Origin: Nitrospira sp. CG24D
Lineage (GTDB): Bacteria; Nitrospirota; Nitrospiria; Nitrospirales; Nitrospiraceae
Direction: 5' to 3'
DNA length: 64,000 nt
NCBI GenBank assembly: GCA_002869855.2
Contig: NEWQ02000006.1
Coordinates: forward strand, 67,045 to 131,044
Part shown: positions 49,098 to 59,566 of the stretch, piece by piece
Numbering within the stretch: position 1 is the first letter of the stretch
Layout of the letters: each line of letters begins with the position of its first letter
Made by a program: the position numbers and the translations under genes
The notes under the pieces: generated by a model
Databases searched by the model: none
Told to the model about the DNA's origin: nothing
What the model saw: the letters and a program-made list of their open reading frames with translations, nothing else

Positions 49098-49873
49098 AAA
49101 TTCTGTATATCGGCGACATTATGGGAGAGCCGGGTCGCCGGGCCGTGGGGCGTATGGTGCCGCGCGTGGTTTCTCAGCGGCAGGTGGATGTCGTCATCGG
49201 GAACGGGGAGAATGTGGCCGGTGGATTTGGGATTACGCCGGAACTGGCAGAAGAGCTCTTCGAGATGGGATTGTCCGTCATCACGACCGGGAATCATGCT
49301 TGGGACAAGAAGGAAATTCTCGACTATTTCCCGCGTGAGCCGCGATTGTTGCGTCCTGCGAATTATCCGGCCGGGGTGCCGGGTAATGGCAGTTACGTCG
49401 TCGAAACTCCCGGCGGGGAAAAGCTGGCAGTGCTTCAGCTGATGGGGCGAGCGTACATGCCGACGCTCGACTGTCCGTTCCAAGTGGCCAAGCGGGAAGT
49501 GGCGAAACTGAAGCGGGAAACGGCGGCGGTACTCGTCGATATGCATGCCGAGGCGACGTCGGAAAAGATGGCGATGGGACATTATCTCGACGGTGATGTC
49601 GTCGCGGTGGTGGGGACGCACACGCATGTGCAAACGGCCGACGAGCAGATCTTGCCGAAAGGTACGGCCTATCTGACGGATATCGGTATGACCGGTCCGC
49701 TGCATGGTGTTATCGGAGTCAAAAAAGAACTCGCGATTGAAAAGTTTCTGACCGGGATGCCGAAACGATTTGAAGTTGCTTCCGGGCCCACGGTCTTTTG
49801 CGCAGTGCTGATCGAGGTTGATGCGCAACTCGGAAAGGCGATTACGATCGAACGGATTCGGGTCATCGACTAA
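49094..49873 (+). CDS. ymdB: YmdB-family (TIGR00282) metallophosphoesterase
   Basis: N-terminus MKILYIGDIMGEPGR, plus GNHAWD. The conserved rny-ymdB pairing is present. Confidence 0.9.
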   Translation: MKILYIGDIMGEPGRRAVGRMVPRVVSQRQVDVVIGNGENVAGGFGITPELAEELFEMGLSVITTGNHAWDKKEILDYFPREPRLLRPANYPAGVPGNGSYVVETPGGEKLAVLQLMGRAYMPTLDCPFQVAKREVAKLKRETAAVLVDMHAEATSEKMAMGHYLDGDVVAVVGTHTHVQTADEQILPKGTAYLTDIGMTGPLHGVIGVKKELAIEKFLTGMPKRFEVASGPTVFCAVLIEVDAQLGKAITIERIRVID

Positions 49874-51269
49874 GGGAGATCTCACCACGGGTTTCAGAAC
49901 ACCTACGTCACTCTCCTCTCCAGCCTCTTCGGTCAGGCAGGTTCATACTGTCTCAGAATTGACCAGCCTCGTACGATCCACGCTTGAATCCAGCTTTACT
50001 GAGGTGTGGCTGGAAGGCGAAGTGTCGAATCTTCGTGCCCCGGCCTCTGGTCACCTCTACTGCACGCTCAAAGACGAGTCGAGTCAGATTCGTGCCGTCC
50101 TCTTCAGGGCGACGGCGACGCGGCTTCGATTTGCGCTTGAGGACGGACTCCATGTCGTTGTCCGCGGGCGAGTGACCGTGTACGAACCGCGCGGGGAATA
50201 CCAGATCATTGTGGACTATGTCGAGCCTAAGGGGCGCGGGGCTCTGCAGCTGGCCTTTGAACAACTGAGAACCCGGCTTGCGGAAGAGGGGTTGTTTGAC
50301 GAGGACCGCAAGCGGCCGCTCCCTGAACTGCCACGGACCGTCGGTCTCGTGACGTCGCTGAGTGGCGCTGTGATTCGCGATATGTTGACGGTGCTGCATC
50401 GCCGTTGCCCCACGCTGCATATCATTATTGTTCCCGTCCAGGTGCAAGGCGAGGGTTCGGCCGAACAGATTGCGGCGGCGATTCAAATGCTCAGTGAGTC
50501 TGACTTGGTAGAGGTGATGATCGTCGGGCGCGGGGGCGGTTCGCTTGAAGATCTCTGGAGTTTCAATGACGAGGTGGTGGTGCGGGCGATTGCCGCGTCG
50601 CGGGTTCCGGTGGTCTCCGCTGTCGGCCATGAAACGGATGTGACGCTGGCAGATTTTGCGGCGGATCTTCGGGCGCCAACCCCTTCGGCTGCGGCCGAAG
50701 CGGTAGCGCCTGTCCTGGCTCAGATTGTGAGCCGGTTGGCTGAATTGTCGGCTCGGCTTCAGCAAGTAGTTGGTCGGCGGATGGAAGAAGAGCGCCAGCG
50801 GTTGCGATTGGCGACCCATCAAATTGCCGCGGTGCGTGTTCGAGTGCAGGAAGAAATCCAACGGGTTGATGCGACGGTCTACGAGATGTCGGCGGCAGTT
50901 CGTCTGGTGCTGCAGGTCGGGCAGGACAGAATGGTTCGTGCTCACCGGGGATTGATGGCGGAGAGCCCTCATGCTCGTGTGCGTCATGGACTGGCCGTTG
51001 TTCCACAACTGGCGGTACGGCTCTATCAGAGCACTCGTGGAATCGTAGAGGCTCGCACGCAACGGGTTCAATCGTGCGCCGCGCGCTTGCACGCACTGAG
51101 TCCTTTGGCGACATTGGGGCGAGGCTATAGCGTACTCCAGCACGCACGTACCGGTGAGGTGATTCGGGGCGTGGATGATGTGAACATTGGGGAGGAGCTT
51201 CAGGCGAAGTTAATCGATGGACGATTGCTGTGCATCGTGAAAGCAGAAGTGCCGGATTCTCTGATTTAA
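49818..51269 (+). CDS. xseA: Exodeoxyribonuclease VII large subunit
   Basis: An OB-fold N-terminus (VSELTSLVRSTLESSFTEVWLEGEVSN). The only in-frame starts upstream of it overlap ymdB by 56 nt. Confidence 0.85.
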   Translation: MMRNSERRLRSNGFGSSTKGDLTTGFRTPTSLSSPASSVRQVHTVSELTSLVRSTLESSFTEVWLEGEVSNLRAPASGHLYCTLKDESSQIRAVLFRATATRLRFALEDGLHVVVRGRVTVYEPRGEYQIIVDYVEPKGRGALQLAFEQLRTRLAEEGLFDEDRKRPLPELPRTVGLVTSLSGAVIRDMLTVLHRRCPTLHIIIVPVQVQGEGSAEQIAAAIQMLSESDLVEVMIVGRGGGSLEDLWSFNDEVVVRAIAASRVPVVSAVGHETDVTLADFAADLRAPTPSAAAEAVAPVLAQIVSRLAELSARLQQVVGRRMEEERQRLRLATHQIAAVRVRVQEEIQRVDATVYEMSAAVRLVLQVGQDRMVRAHRGLMAESPHARVRHGLAVVPQLAVRLYQSTRGIVEARTQRVQSCAARLHALSPLATLGRGYSVLQHARTGEVIRGVDDVNIGEELQAKLIDGRLLCIVKAEVPDSLI

Positions 51270-51323
51270 AATCGGCTGAGGAGCCGCTATACTTTATCAA
51301 TCCTGGATCATGAGGAGTCGACT

Positions 51324-51578
51324 GTGGCGGCAGTGAAGTTTGAACAAGCAATGGCTCGGTTGGAAGCGATTGTGGGGCAATTGGAACATGGCGATCTTTC
51401 GCTGGATGAATCGCTCAAGATCTTTGAAGAAGGAATACGCCTCTCGAAAAACTGTCTGAAAGTGCTGGAAGAAGCTGAACGGAAAGTGGAAGTGCTGGTT
51501 CAGGATACAAACGGCAAAAAACAGTTACGGGCATTTTCCCTCGACGATGATGCTGATGAGGCTTCTCTTGAGCCATAG
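51324..51578 (+). CDS. xseB: Exodeoxyribonuclease VII small subunit
   Basis: GTG start. The product includes FEQAMARLEAIVGQLEHGDLSLDESLKIFEEG. Confidence 0.85.
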   Translation: MAAVKFEQAMARLEAIVGQLEHGDLSLDESLKIFEEGIRLSKNCLKVLEEAERKVEVLVQDTNGKKQLRAFSLDDDADEASLEP

Positions 51579-51631
51579 GTGTTCCGCATCTATTCGGATG
51601 GTTCTCACATAGTCCGCTTACGTATTCAACC

Positions 51632-52429
51632 ATGGTGAATCAAGTACGCCCGGTGAAAGATCGGCTCGACCGAGTGCTGGTCGCGCGAGGTCTTGCCCAA
51701 AGCCGGGATGTGGCTGTTCGGATGATCCTTGCCGGAGAAGTTCGGCTCGATGGCGCACTTTCAGACAAGCCGGCAAAGTTAGTTCCGCTTGATTCGGCGA
51801 TTGACGTCGTTTCTCATGGGACTCGGTTTGTGAGCCGGGGAGGGGAGAAGCTCATTGGCGCACTTGAGGCTTGTGCCATTGATCCGCAGGGAGCTGTCTG
51901 CCTCGATGTGGGATGCTCTACGGGCGGATTCACCGATTGTCTGCTGCAGCGTGGCGCGGCTCGGGTGTATGCCGTGGATGTTGGGTACGGACAGTTTGAT
52001 TGGCGTCTTCGCCAGGATCCCCGGGTCATTTTGCATGAGCGGACGAACATCCGGTATGTGGATCGAGCGCTCATTCCTGAGCCGGTCTCTCTCGTGGTGA
52101 TCGATGTGTCGTTTATTTCACTCACGATGGTGCTGCCTCCCGTCATGCAGTTCCTGCGGCCTGGTGCCGTCGTAATCGCGCTGGTGAAGCCGCAGTTCGA
52201 AGTGGGGAAGGGGCAGGTTGGCCGGGGTGGAATTGTTCGGGATGAGGCGCAGCGGCAGGCCGTGCTGCAACGCATTCTGGCTTGTGCTGAGGGGCTTGGA
52301 CTAACTCAGAAGGCTACTCTTGATTCTCCAATCCGCGGAAAGAAGGGGAACCTCGAGTTTCTTAGTATTTTCGAGTTTAATGAAAATGTTTATGCTAAGA
52401 AAGAGTCAGCTTTGAGGGGTGGCGTGTGA
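51632..52429 (+). CDS. tlyA: TlyA-family rRNA 2'-O-methyltransferase
   Basis: An S4 domain plus the SAM motif LDVGCSTGGFTDC. Confidence 0.85.
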   Translation: MVNQVRPVKDRLDRVLVARGLAQSRDVAVRMILAGEVRLDGALSDKPAKLVPLDSAIDVVSHGTRFVSRGGEKLIGALEACAIDPQGAVCLDVGCSTGGFTDCLLQRGAARVYAVDVGYGQFDWRLRQDPRVILHERTNIRYVDRALIPEPVSLVVIDVSFISLTMVLPPVMQFLRPGAVVIALVKPQFEVGKGQVGRGGIVRDEAQRQAVLQRILACAEGLGLTQKATLDSPIRGKKGNLEFLSIFEFNENVYAKKESALRGGV

Positions 52430-52445
52430 AGAGTTGGAGGACTGC

Positions 52446-53369
52446 ATGAAGGTCTTAGTGACAGGTGGTGCCGGGTTCATTGGTTCGCACGTGGTCGATC
52501 GACTGGTGGAGGAAGGGCACGACGTTGTTGTCGTGGACAATCTCTCCACGGGAAAGCGAAAGAATGTGAATCGTGCTGCGAATCTTTATAAATTAGACAT
52601 CCAGAGCTCACGGTTGGAGCGGGTTTTTCGAAATGAGCGGCCCAACGTTGTCATCCATTTGGCCGCGCAGGTGAGCGTGAGAAACTCCGTTGCTGACCCT
52701 GTATTTGATGCTCAAGTAAATATCCTCGGTACGATGAATGTGGTGCATCAGGCGGTTCAGCATGGAGCGAGGAAGGTGGTGTTTTCCTCTTCGGGCGGGG
52801 CCATTTACGGCGAGCAAGATATGTTTCCTGCTCCGGAGAGCCATCCAACGAATCCGCTCTCGCCCTACGGAATCAGTAAGTTGTGCGGGGAGCATTACTT
52901 GTCATACTTCCAGCGTACCAGCGGTATTCAAACGGTCAGTCTGCGGTACGCCAACGTGTACGGGCCCAGGCAGGACCCGGAGGGCGAGGCGGGAGTTGTG
53001 GCCATCTTTATCCAAAAAATGTTGAACAATGAGCAGCCCATCATCAATGGGAACGGGCGTCAGACGAGAGATTTTGTGTTTGTAGATGACGTAGCCGAGG
53101 CGAATCTTGCCGCAATGGGGCAGGAGACTCAGGGTGTTTATAACGTCGGTACAGGCGTCGAGACATCCATCAATGAGCTGTTCAGGCTGCTGGCAACTTT
53201 GACGGGCGCTACATCAAAAGAAGTGCATGGACCCGCTAAGAAGGGAGAGCAGCTAAGGAGCCTTGTCGACCCAGCTAAAATCCGACAAGCGCTTGGTTGG
53301 GAGATGAAGGTTGATCTGCCTGATGGGCTGAAGCGGACCGTAGCATTTTTCAGAGAAAAGATGAGCTAG
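52446..53369 (+). CDS. NAD-dependent sugar epimerase/dehydratase (GalE-like SDR)
   Basis: MKVLVTGGAGFIGSH and YGISK (YxxxK). Confidence 0.85.
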   Translation: MKVLVTGGAGFIGSHVVDRLVEEGHDVVVVDNLSTGKRKNVNRAANLYKLDIQSSRLERVFRNERPNVVIHLAAQVSVRNSVADPVFDAQVNILGTMNVVHQAVQHGARKVVFSSSGGAIYGEQDMFPAPESHPTNPLSPYGISKLCGEHYLSYFQRTSGIQTVSLRYANVYGPRQDPEGEAGVVAIFIQKMLNNEQPIINGNGRQTRDFVFVDDVAEANLAAMGQETQGVYNVGTGVETSINELFRLLATLTGATSKEVHGPAKKGEQLRSLVDPAKIRQALGWEMKVDLPDGLKRTVAFFREKMS

Positions 53370-53398
53370 CGGGAAGCGTCAAATATTCCGCTTCCCGC
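53369..53398. terminator. Hairpin between convergent genes (possible bidirectional terminator)
   Basis: GCGGGAAGCG (53369-53378) pairs with CGCTTCCCGC (53389-53398) around a 10-nt loop. Only a weak T-rich run follows, on the minus-strand side. Confidence 0.5.
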
Positions 53399-53454
53399 AT
53401 GGGAATGACTTCATTGCACAATGGGAACTTCGGTAAGCCTGCCCGGGGTTTCTT

Positions 53455-53790
53455 CTAGTAGCGTGGAACTGCGTTATCTACCTGAATTGACCAGGCATCT
53501 ATTCCACCTACTAGGTTTTTGACGTTAGCAAATCCCTGCTGAACCAAGAATCCTGTTGCATCAGCGCTTCGCATACCGTGATGGCAATAGGCGATGATCT
53601 CCGTATTCTTATCCAGCTTTGCCAGGGCCTGAGGCAGTGTGCCCAATGGAATGAGCACTGACCCTTCCAGCTTTGCCAAGGCATGCTCCCATGGCTCCCT
53701 CACATCCAGGAGTACGAGTTTATCGCCCTTATCGAGTCTCGTCTTCAGTTCCTTCACCCCAATGGAGTAACTCATCAAAATCCTCCTCAT
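53455..53790 (-). CDS. Rhodanese-domain sulfurtransferase
   Basis: Active-site loop CHHGMRS. 111 aa. Confidence 0.85.
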   Translation of the reverse strand: MRRILMSYSIGVKELKTRLDKGDKLVLLDVREPWEHALAKLEGSVLIPLGTLPQALAKLDKNTEIIAYCHHGMRSADATGFLVQQGFANVKNLVGGIDAWSIQVDNAVPRY

Positions 53791-54181
53791 GAACGATGGG
53801 TTGCATCATAAGGGACTCTAGAAATGGCTGTCAAATTCAGGAGTACTGAGTCCAATCAATCATAAATCATAGGGGACTATGAATTATCGGATTAGACAAG
53901 TTGTCGGTTGGGAGAAAATGCGACAATTTTTTGACATCCTCGTCAAGAATCTGGACAACTTGCTTCAGTTATTACACTCTATCAATGTGTGGTGCGGAAA
54001 TGAGCAACCTGATAGATCGTAATTATTTGATTTTGCTGGAAACGTAAATGCTCTGACGATGATCATGAGGGTATAGAAGTTGCGTTGTTTAGAGACAGAC
54101 TATGTTAATCAACCGTAACAGTTCAAGTTTGAATAGTTGGTGGTTTGGTTATGAATCAGGTTGCCATTCTTGAGGCTAAAT

Positions 54182-54517
54182 ATGCCGATTACTAAAAGTG
54201 AGGTAATTATTGTTTTTGTGACGGTTCCTGGCCTACGGGAAGGAAGTCGTATATCGAAAGCAATTTTGACTTCTCGCTTGGCCGCTTGTGTAAATGTGAT
54301 TCCTGGGGTTCAGTCAATGTACCAGTGGAAGGGCAAGATAGTCCGGGAGAAAGAGGCGATGCTAGTAATGAAGACCACAAGAGCCCGGTACCAGAAACTC
54401 GAGCAGAAGATAAAACAGCTGCATCCCTATGAAGTGCCTGAAGTAATCGCTATGCCACTGATTTGTGGATCGCCGCAATATATAGAGTGGGTGAAGAGAG
54501 AAGTGGCCAATAGGTAG
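54182..54517 (+). CDS. cutA: Divalent-cation tolerance protein CutA
   Basis: Motifs LAACVNVIPGVQSMYQWKGKI and HPYEVPEVIA. Confidence 0.85.
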   Translation: MPITKSEVIIVFVTVPGLREGSRISKAILTSRLAACVNVIPGVQSMYQWKGKIVREKEAMLVMKTTRARYQKLEQKIKQLHPYEVPEVIAMPLICGSPQYIEWVKREVANR

Positions 54518-54648
54518 TAGTATGGGAGACGAGCGAGCTCTGATTTCATTACAATACTATCAAAATAGTTGACCCTTCGTGAAGAGACGGGTAGACTGCA
54601 AAAATATTCAGGTGGCAAGGGTCTCCCAATCTTGAGGGAGTGAATAAC

Positions 54649-55683
54649 ATGGGGCAAACGCAAAACCAGGAAAGCAGTGACGCCTACACGGTCGTAATTT
54701 TCCGTGGTTCTACAGCAAAACCCCTCCGCTTTAGCTTCCCAAGGAAGTTCGTTCGTAAGTTATTGATAGTTGGATGTATTGTCATCATCGCCGATCTTCT
54801 TGTTGTCTCCCACTATGTCATCAGAACAGGGGAAGTCTGGGAGCTTTCCGCATTTCGCTCAGAAGCTATGAGTGCCCGAGAACAGACCGCGGCGTTCTCC
54901 TCTGCCGTTGATGACCTGAAAAAGCGAATCGGGGCAATGAAAGAGGTAAATCAACGACTCAGGGTCATGTTGGGTATCGAGGTCCCAAAGTCTGGTGATA
55001 TGGCCAATGGTCGAGGGGGAGAAGAGACTCCTTTACCTGAAGGAAGTCTGGTTCCTGGTTCGATTAATGGAAAGGGATCAGATGAAGCCGCATCGTTATC
55101 CAGCACTAATGGAGCGATGTCTGTCGTCGGAGTTGGCCCAGCAGCAACACACGCTGTGGGTGAAAAAGACACAGAAGCGGCAGTTGCCTCAGTTAAAGAG
55201 GGGCTTGATTGGCTGACTAAGGAAGCAAGCAGCCAGGAGCAGATTCTTAACGAATTGTCTCAGGCTGCTGAGCAGCGGTCGTCACGATGGGCTGCTACTC
55301 CTTCAATTTGGCCGGTAAAAGGGTGGGTGACTTCAGGCTTTGGGCCTCGTATTTCTCCCTTCACGGAGAAGCCGGCGTGGCATGATGGGTTGGATATTGG
55401 AGCAGCTGCCAATGCCCCGGTACAGGCTCCAGCGCAAGGCAGAGTCACATCTGTCGGATTCGATCCGAAGCTCGGGAACTTAGTGCGACTCGACCATGGA
55501 TTTGGGATTGAAACGATTTATGGTCACATGGCAAAGTCCCTCGTAAAGGAGGGGCAGCGGGTGAAGCGTGGTGATGTGGTAGGGTTAGTGGGAAGTACTG
55601 GTTTGGCAACCGGCCCCCATCTTCACTACATGGTTAAGGTCAACGGCCAGGCGCTTGACCCCAACAAGTATATTCTTGAGTAG
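54649..55683 (+). CDS. M23-family peptidoglycan metalloendopeptidase
   Basis: An N-terminal TM, a coiled coil, HDGLDI and GSTGLATGPHLHY. ATG lies 8 nt after GAGGGAG. Confidence 0.85.
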   Translation: MGQTQNQESSDAYTVVIFRGSTAKPLRFSFPRKFVRKLLIVGCIVIIADLLVVSHYVIRTGEVWELSAFRSEAMSAREQTAAFSSAVDDLKKRIGAMKEVNQRLRVMLGIEVPKSGDMANGRGGEETPLPEGSLVPGSINGKGSDEAASLSSTNGAMSVVGVGPAATHAVGEKDTEAAVASVKEGLDWLTKEASSQEQILNELSQAAEQRSSRWAATPSIWPVKGWVTSGFGPRISPFTEKPAWHDGLDIGAAANAPVQAPAQGRVTSVGFDPKLGNLVRLDHGFGIETIYGHMAKSLVKEGQRVKRGDVVGLVGSTGLATGPHLHYMVKVNGQALDPNKYILE

Positions 55684-55717
55684 GCCTTTCCAGACTCGAT
55701 AGGTTGTCTTCTATGCC

Positions 55718-55750
55718 GGGCTCGAGGGAAACCTCGAGCCCGTCTTTTTT
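55718..55750 (+). terminator. Rho-independent terminator
   Basis: A perfect 10-bp stem GGGCTCGAGG / CCTCGAGCCC with a GAAA loop, followed by GTCTTTTTT. Confidence 0.9.
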
Positions 55751-55839
55751 CCTGCTTTCTTCCTCTGGTCTCCTCGTAGAAGCGTAGTGTAGATTGCACA
55801 GTACATCCTTCATTAACATCCTATTATCAGAGGGTTATT

Positions 55840-57522
55840 GTGACTGATCTCCAAATTGCCCGGTCCGTTCGTCCTCGACTCATTCTCGATATTGCCGAAC
55901 AGCTTGGCTTGCAAGCCGACGAAGTTGCAACATTCGGCTCGACCAAGGCCAAAATCTCATTGGGGGCATTGAATCGCCTCAAGGCTCGCCCGTTAGGGCG
56001 GTATATCTTGGTGACAGCGATTAACCCGACTCCTCTTGGCGAAGGAAAGACGACGACATCGATTGGGCTGGCGATGGGACTCTCTCGGTTGGGCAAGCGT
56101 GCGGCTGTGACACTCAGGCAGCCGTCCCTTGGTCCGGTATTTGGAGTCAAGGGTGGCGGCACCGGAGGCGGGCGTGCCCAGGTGCTTCCCATGGAGGAGA
56201 TCAATCTGCATTTTACCGGTGATGCTCATGCGGTCGCTACGAGCCACAATCTTCTCTCCGCCTTCCTGGACAATCATCTCTTCCACGGCAACGAGCGCGG
56301 TTTGGATATAGAGCGAATTACCTGGCCCAGAGCGTTGGGAGTCAGTGACCGTGCGCTTCGGCAGGTCCTGGTGGGAGAAGAGGCGCAGCGGCATAGCGGC
56401 CAATTTGTGATCACCGAAGCTTCCGAAATCATGGCCATCCTTGCCTTGGCATCGAGTCAGGCAGACCTCCGCCAACGCCTTGGCCGGACCATGGTGGGAT
56501 TGAAACAATCCGGTGCCGTTGGGACCGCCGAAGAGCTGGGCTGTGCGGGGGCGATGGCGGTCTTATTGAAAGATGCCTTGCTGCCTAACCTGGTGCAGAC
56601 GTTAGAGGGAACGCCGGCTTTTGTGCATACCGGGCCGTTCGGCAATATCGCTCACGGCAATTGCTCCATCCTGTCCGATGCCGTGGCGCTCAGGTGTGCG
56701 GATTATGTCGTTACAGAGGCCGGGTTCGGGAGTGATCTGGGCGCCGAGAAGTTTTTCAACATCAAGTGTCGCGTGTCAGGATTCAAGCCGGCAGCGGCTG
56801 TCGTAGTGGCGACCTTGCGAGCCCTGAAGCTGCATGGTGGAGGAGGAGTTGCCAAAGCCGGCGCGCCGTTACCCATTGGTTTGACCGGTCCCAATATGCC
56901 CGCCCTGGAGAAGGGTTTTGCGAATCTGGAACAACATATTGCCAACGCGCGAGCCCACGGTATTCCGGTCGTCGTTGCGGTCAATGCGTTCAAAGACGAT
57001 GTACCTGCCGAATTGGAGTGGGTGCGGAACCGGTCTCGTGAGGTTGGCGCGATCGATGCCGCCGTCTCGACGCATTGGGCCGATGGAGGGCGAGGCGCTG
57101 AACGACTGGCCGATGCTGTGGTTCGTGCGGTGGAACAGCCCGCGAATTTTACTCATCTCTACGATGTGAACTGGCCAATCAGAAAGAAGATTGAAACGAT
57201 TGCCACGAAGATGTACGGGGCAGCCGGAGTCAGTTTTGAGCCGACGGCGGATCGTCAGATCGACGTGGCCGAGTCCTTAGGATTTGGGGGGCTCCCCGTT
57301 TGTATGGCGAAGACGCCGTTGTCTTTGTCGCATGATCCGGCGCTGAAGGGGAGACCCACTGGCTTTACGGTTCCGATCAAGGAGTTGCGTATTCTCGCGG
57401 GAGCCGGATTTGTGACGGCGGTCTGCTCGGGAATTCAGTTGATGCCAGGCTTACCGAAGAAACCGGCCGGCGAACGGATTGACCTGGATCCGGTGAGCGG
57501 AGAAATTGTCGGACTTTCGTAG
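55840..57522 (+). CDS. fhs: Formate--tetrahydrofolate ligase
   Basis: GTG start. The product includes PTPLGEGKTTTSIGL. Confidence 0.9.
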   Translation: MTDLQIARSVRPRLILDIAEQLGLQADEVATFGSTKAKISLGALNRLKARPLGRYILVTAINPTPLGEGKTTTSIGLAMGLSRLGKRAAVTLRQPSLGPVFGVKGGGTGGGRAQVLPMEEINLHFTGDAHAVATSHNLLSAFLDNHLFHGNERGLDIERITWPRALGVSDRALRQVLVGEEAQRHSGQFVITEASEIMAILALASSQADLRQRLGRTMVGLKQSGAVGTAEELGCAGAMAVLLKDALLPNLVQTLEGTPAFVHTGPFGNIAHGNCSILSDAVALRCADYVVTEAGFGSDLGAEKFFNIKCRVSGFKPAAAVVVATLRALKLHGGGGVAKAGAPLPIGLTGPNMPALEKGFANLEQHIANARAHGIPVVVAVNAFKDDVPAELEWVRNRSREVGAIDAAVSTHWADGGRGAERLADAVVRAVEQPANFTHLYDVNWPIRKKIETIATKMYGAAGVSFEPTADRQIDVAESLGFGGLPVCMAKTPLSLSHDPALKGRPTGFTVPIKELRILAGAGFVTAVCSGIQLMPGLPKKPAGERIDLDPVSGEIVGLS

Positions 57523-57528
57523 CGGGCG

Positions 57529-58389
57529 TTAGCGCTGTCTCAGGTAGCGGAAGAACTCTGAATCCGGGCTCATCACCAGGGTCGATTTATCTTTGAACGT
57601 TTTCTTATAGGCTTCCATCGAGCGGGTGAACTCGAAGAACTTCGGATCTTGCCGGTAGGCATCGGCGTAGACCTTGAAAGCCTTGGCATCTCCGGCTCCC
57701 CGTAACTCTTCAGACTCCTTATACGCCTGGGCCAGAATGATCTCTCGATCTTTCTCCGCTTCAGACCGAATCTTTTGCGCTTCTTCCGCGCCTTCCGCAC
57801 GGTACTGCTTCGCCTGCCGTTCCCGTTCAGCTTGCATACGGGCGAACACGGCTTTCTCATTCTGCTCAGGAAGGTCGGCGCGCTTGATTCGCACATCTTG
57901 AATTTCGATCCCATAGGCGGAGGCCTTCTCATTCGATCGTTGCGTGACGATCTTCATGAGGTCATGGCGTCCGGTGGCGACAATCTCTAGGAGGTCGTGG
58001 CGCCCGAGCTCGACGCGGAGTTCTGAATAAATAATATCGTGCAACCGCTGGAGCGCTCCGCGCTGGCTTTGAAAGTTTTGATAGACCTTCAAGGGATCAA
58101 CAATTCGCCATTTGGCATAGTTGTCGAGAAGGAGCGTTTTCTTGTCCTGCGTAATCACATCTTGGGGGTCCGAGTCGTAGTCCAGCAAGCGCTTATCGAA
58201 GTAGGTGACCTCTTGAATAAACGGCACTTTTACGTAGAGCCCAGGCTCGGTGAGATTGCGTTTCGGCTTCCCGAGTTCGACCACAATCGCGTTCTGGGTG
58301 ATATCGACGATGAAGAGCGGTGAGGCCCCTAGTAAAAACAGGCCTCCGACAACGACGAGCAGCGCGATAGTCAGGCCTTGCTTCGTCAT
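57529..58389 (-). CDS. hflC: Protease modulator HflC (SPFH/band 7)
   Basis: An N-terminal TM and an SPFH domain. It overlaps hflK by 4 nt. Confidence 0.9.
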   Translation of the reverse strand: MTKQGLTIALLVVVGGLFLLGASPLFIVDITQNAIVVELGKPKRNLTEPGLYVKVPFIQEVTYFDKRLLDYDSDPQDVITQDKKTLLLDNYAKWRIVDPLKVYQNFQSQRGALQRLHDIIYSELRVELGRHDLLEIVATGRHDLMKIVTQRSNEKASAYGIEIQDVRIKRADLPEQNEKAVFARMQAERERQAKQYRAEGAEEAQKIRSEAEKDREIILAQAYKESEELRGAGDAKAFKVYADAYRQDPKFFEFTRSMEAYKKTFKDKSTLVMSPDSEFFRYLRQR

Positions 58390-59420
58390 GGCTTTTGCTC
58401 CTCTGCGGAAGCGTTGGTCCGCGATTTGAGTCGGTCGAGTGGGAGGTAGGGGAGGACGCGCTCTCCGCCTTTTCCGTCGATGATCACTTTGTCGATATTG
58501 GGCAAAATCTCTTCCATCGTTTCAATGTAGAGTCGCTTGCTGATGATATCTTTGGCCTGGTTGTACTCTTTGAGCGTGGCAACGAACCGGTTGGCCTCTC
58601 CCTGTGCGCGATTCAGCCGCGCCTGGGCGTAGCCCTTGGCCTGGTTCACGACCTGCGCCGCTTCGCCTTTGGCTTTGGGGAGGATGTCGTTGCGATAGCT
58701 CTGAGACTGGTTGATCAGCTTCTCGCGATCTTCCTTGGCATTGGTCACGTCTTTGAATGCGGCTGCGACGGCTTCCGGCGGATCCACATCCTGGAGCTGA
58801 ATCGCCGCGATCTGGACGCCGCTCTGATACTGGTCGAGAATGGATTGCAGCAACACCAGAGTGTCCTGTTGGATCTGGGCCTTGCCAGTGGTGAGGGCTT
58901 CGTCGATTTTGCTCTTGCCGACGACTTCACGCATCGACGCTTCGGCGGCTTTGCCGATCGTCTCGTGGATTTCTGCGACACTGAACAGATAGTTCGCAGA
59001 CTCCTTAATTTTATATTGCACGATGAACTCGATGGCCAGGATGTTCATGTCGCCGGTAAGCATCAAGGCTTCTTGCGCCAGCATTTGCTGGCGCCCCTGC
59101 CGGTCTGTACGGAATCCCACTTCAATCCGGTGAAGTTTTTCAACTTTTGGCTGCAGGACCGATTCGATCAGGGGGATCTTGCCGTGCGGGCCAGGGCCAA
59201 CCGTACGAACGGGGGTGCCGAATCGTTTGACGACGCCTTCTTCATCCGGCGCGACGATAAACGCACTCTGCCAGGCGATAAAGACCAGCAATCCCACGAG
59301 CAGTAGGCTTTTCATCCCGCCGGACGGGATGAGCCCTTGCAACTGGGACTGCGCCTGTTTCAGCGCATCGTCGAGCTTGTCGTTCTTTTTATTCCAGGGA
59401 TCGTTGGGATTCCAGACCAT
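58386..59420 (-). CDS. hflK: Protease modulator HflK (SPFH/band 7)
   Basis: A TM, an SPFH domain and a coiled C-terminus. Confidence 0.9.
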   Translation of the reverse strand: MVWNPNDPWNKKNDKLDDALKQAQSQLQGLIPSGGMKSLLLVGLLVFIAWQSAFIVAPDEEGVVKRFGTPVRTVGPGPHGKIPLIESVLQPKVEKLHRIEVGFRTDRQGRQQMLAQEALMLTGDMNILAIEFIVQYKIKESANYLFSVAEIHETIGKAAEASMREVVGKSKIDEALTTGKAQIQQDTLVLLQSILDQYQSGVQIAAIQLQDVDPPEAVAAAFKDVTNAKEDREKLINQSQSYRNDILPKAKGEAAQVVNQAKGYAQARLNRAQGEANRFVATLKEYNQAKDIISKRLYIETMEEILPNIDKVIIDGKGGERVLPYLPLDRLKSRTNASAEEQKP

Positions 59421-59566
59421 AGATGTTTGGGGGATAGTTGATAGTCGTGACCAGGAGTCACACTAGCAGAGTGGATCGTGCGACGCAACCGGCAGGCCAG
59501 GGCCTCGTCAGGATGTCGCGTACGATTTCTATGGGTAAGAGGGGAGAGCGGAGGGCTCTCGTGAGA

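Noticed and set aside
55751-55839. I looked for a ZTP (pfl) or THF riboswitch upstream of fhs, and similarly upstream of purE at 16381-16497.
   Set aside because: I could not find the conserved ZTP elements (the GGGTCGTGAC-like stem or the CCGCCTGGGCA pseudoknot partner) or THF motifs. The leaders are short and unremarkable.
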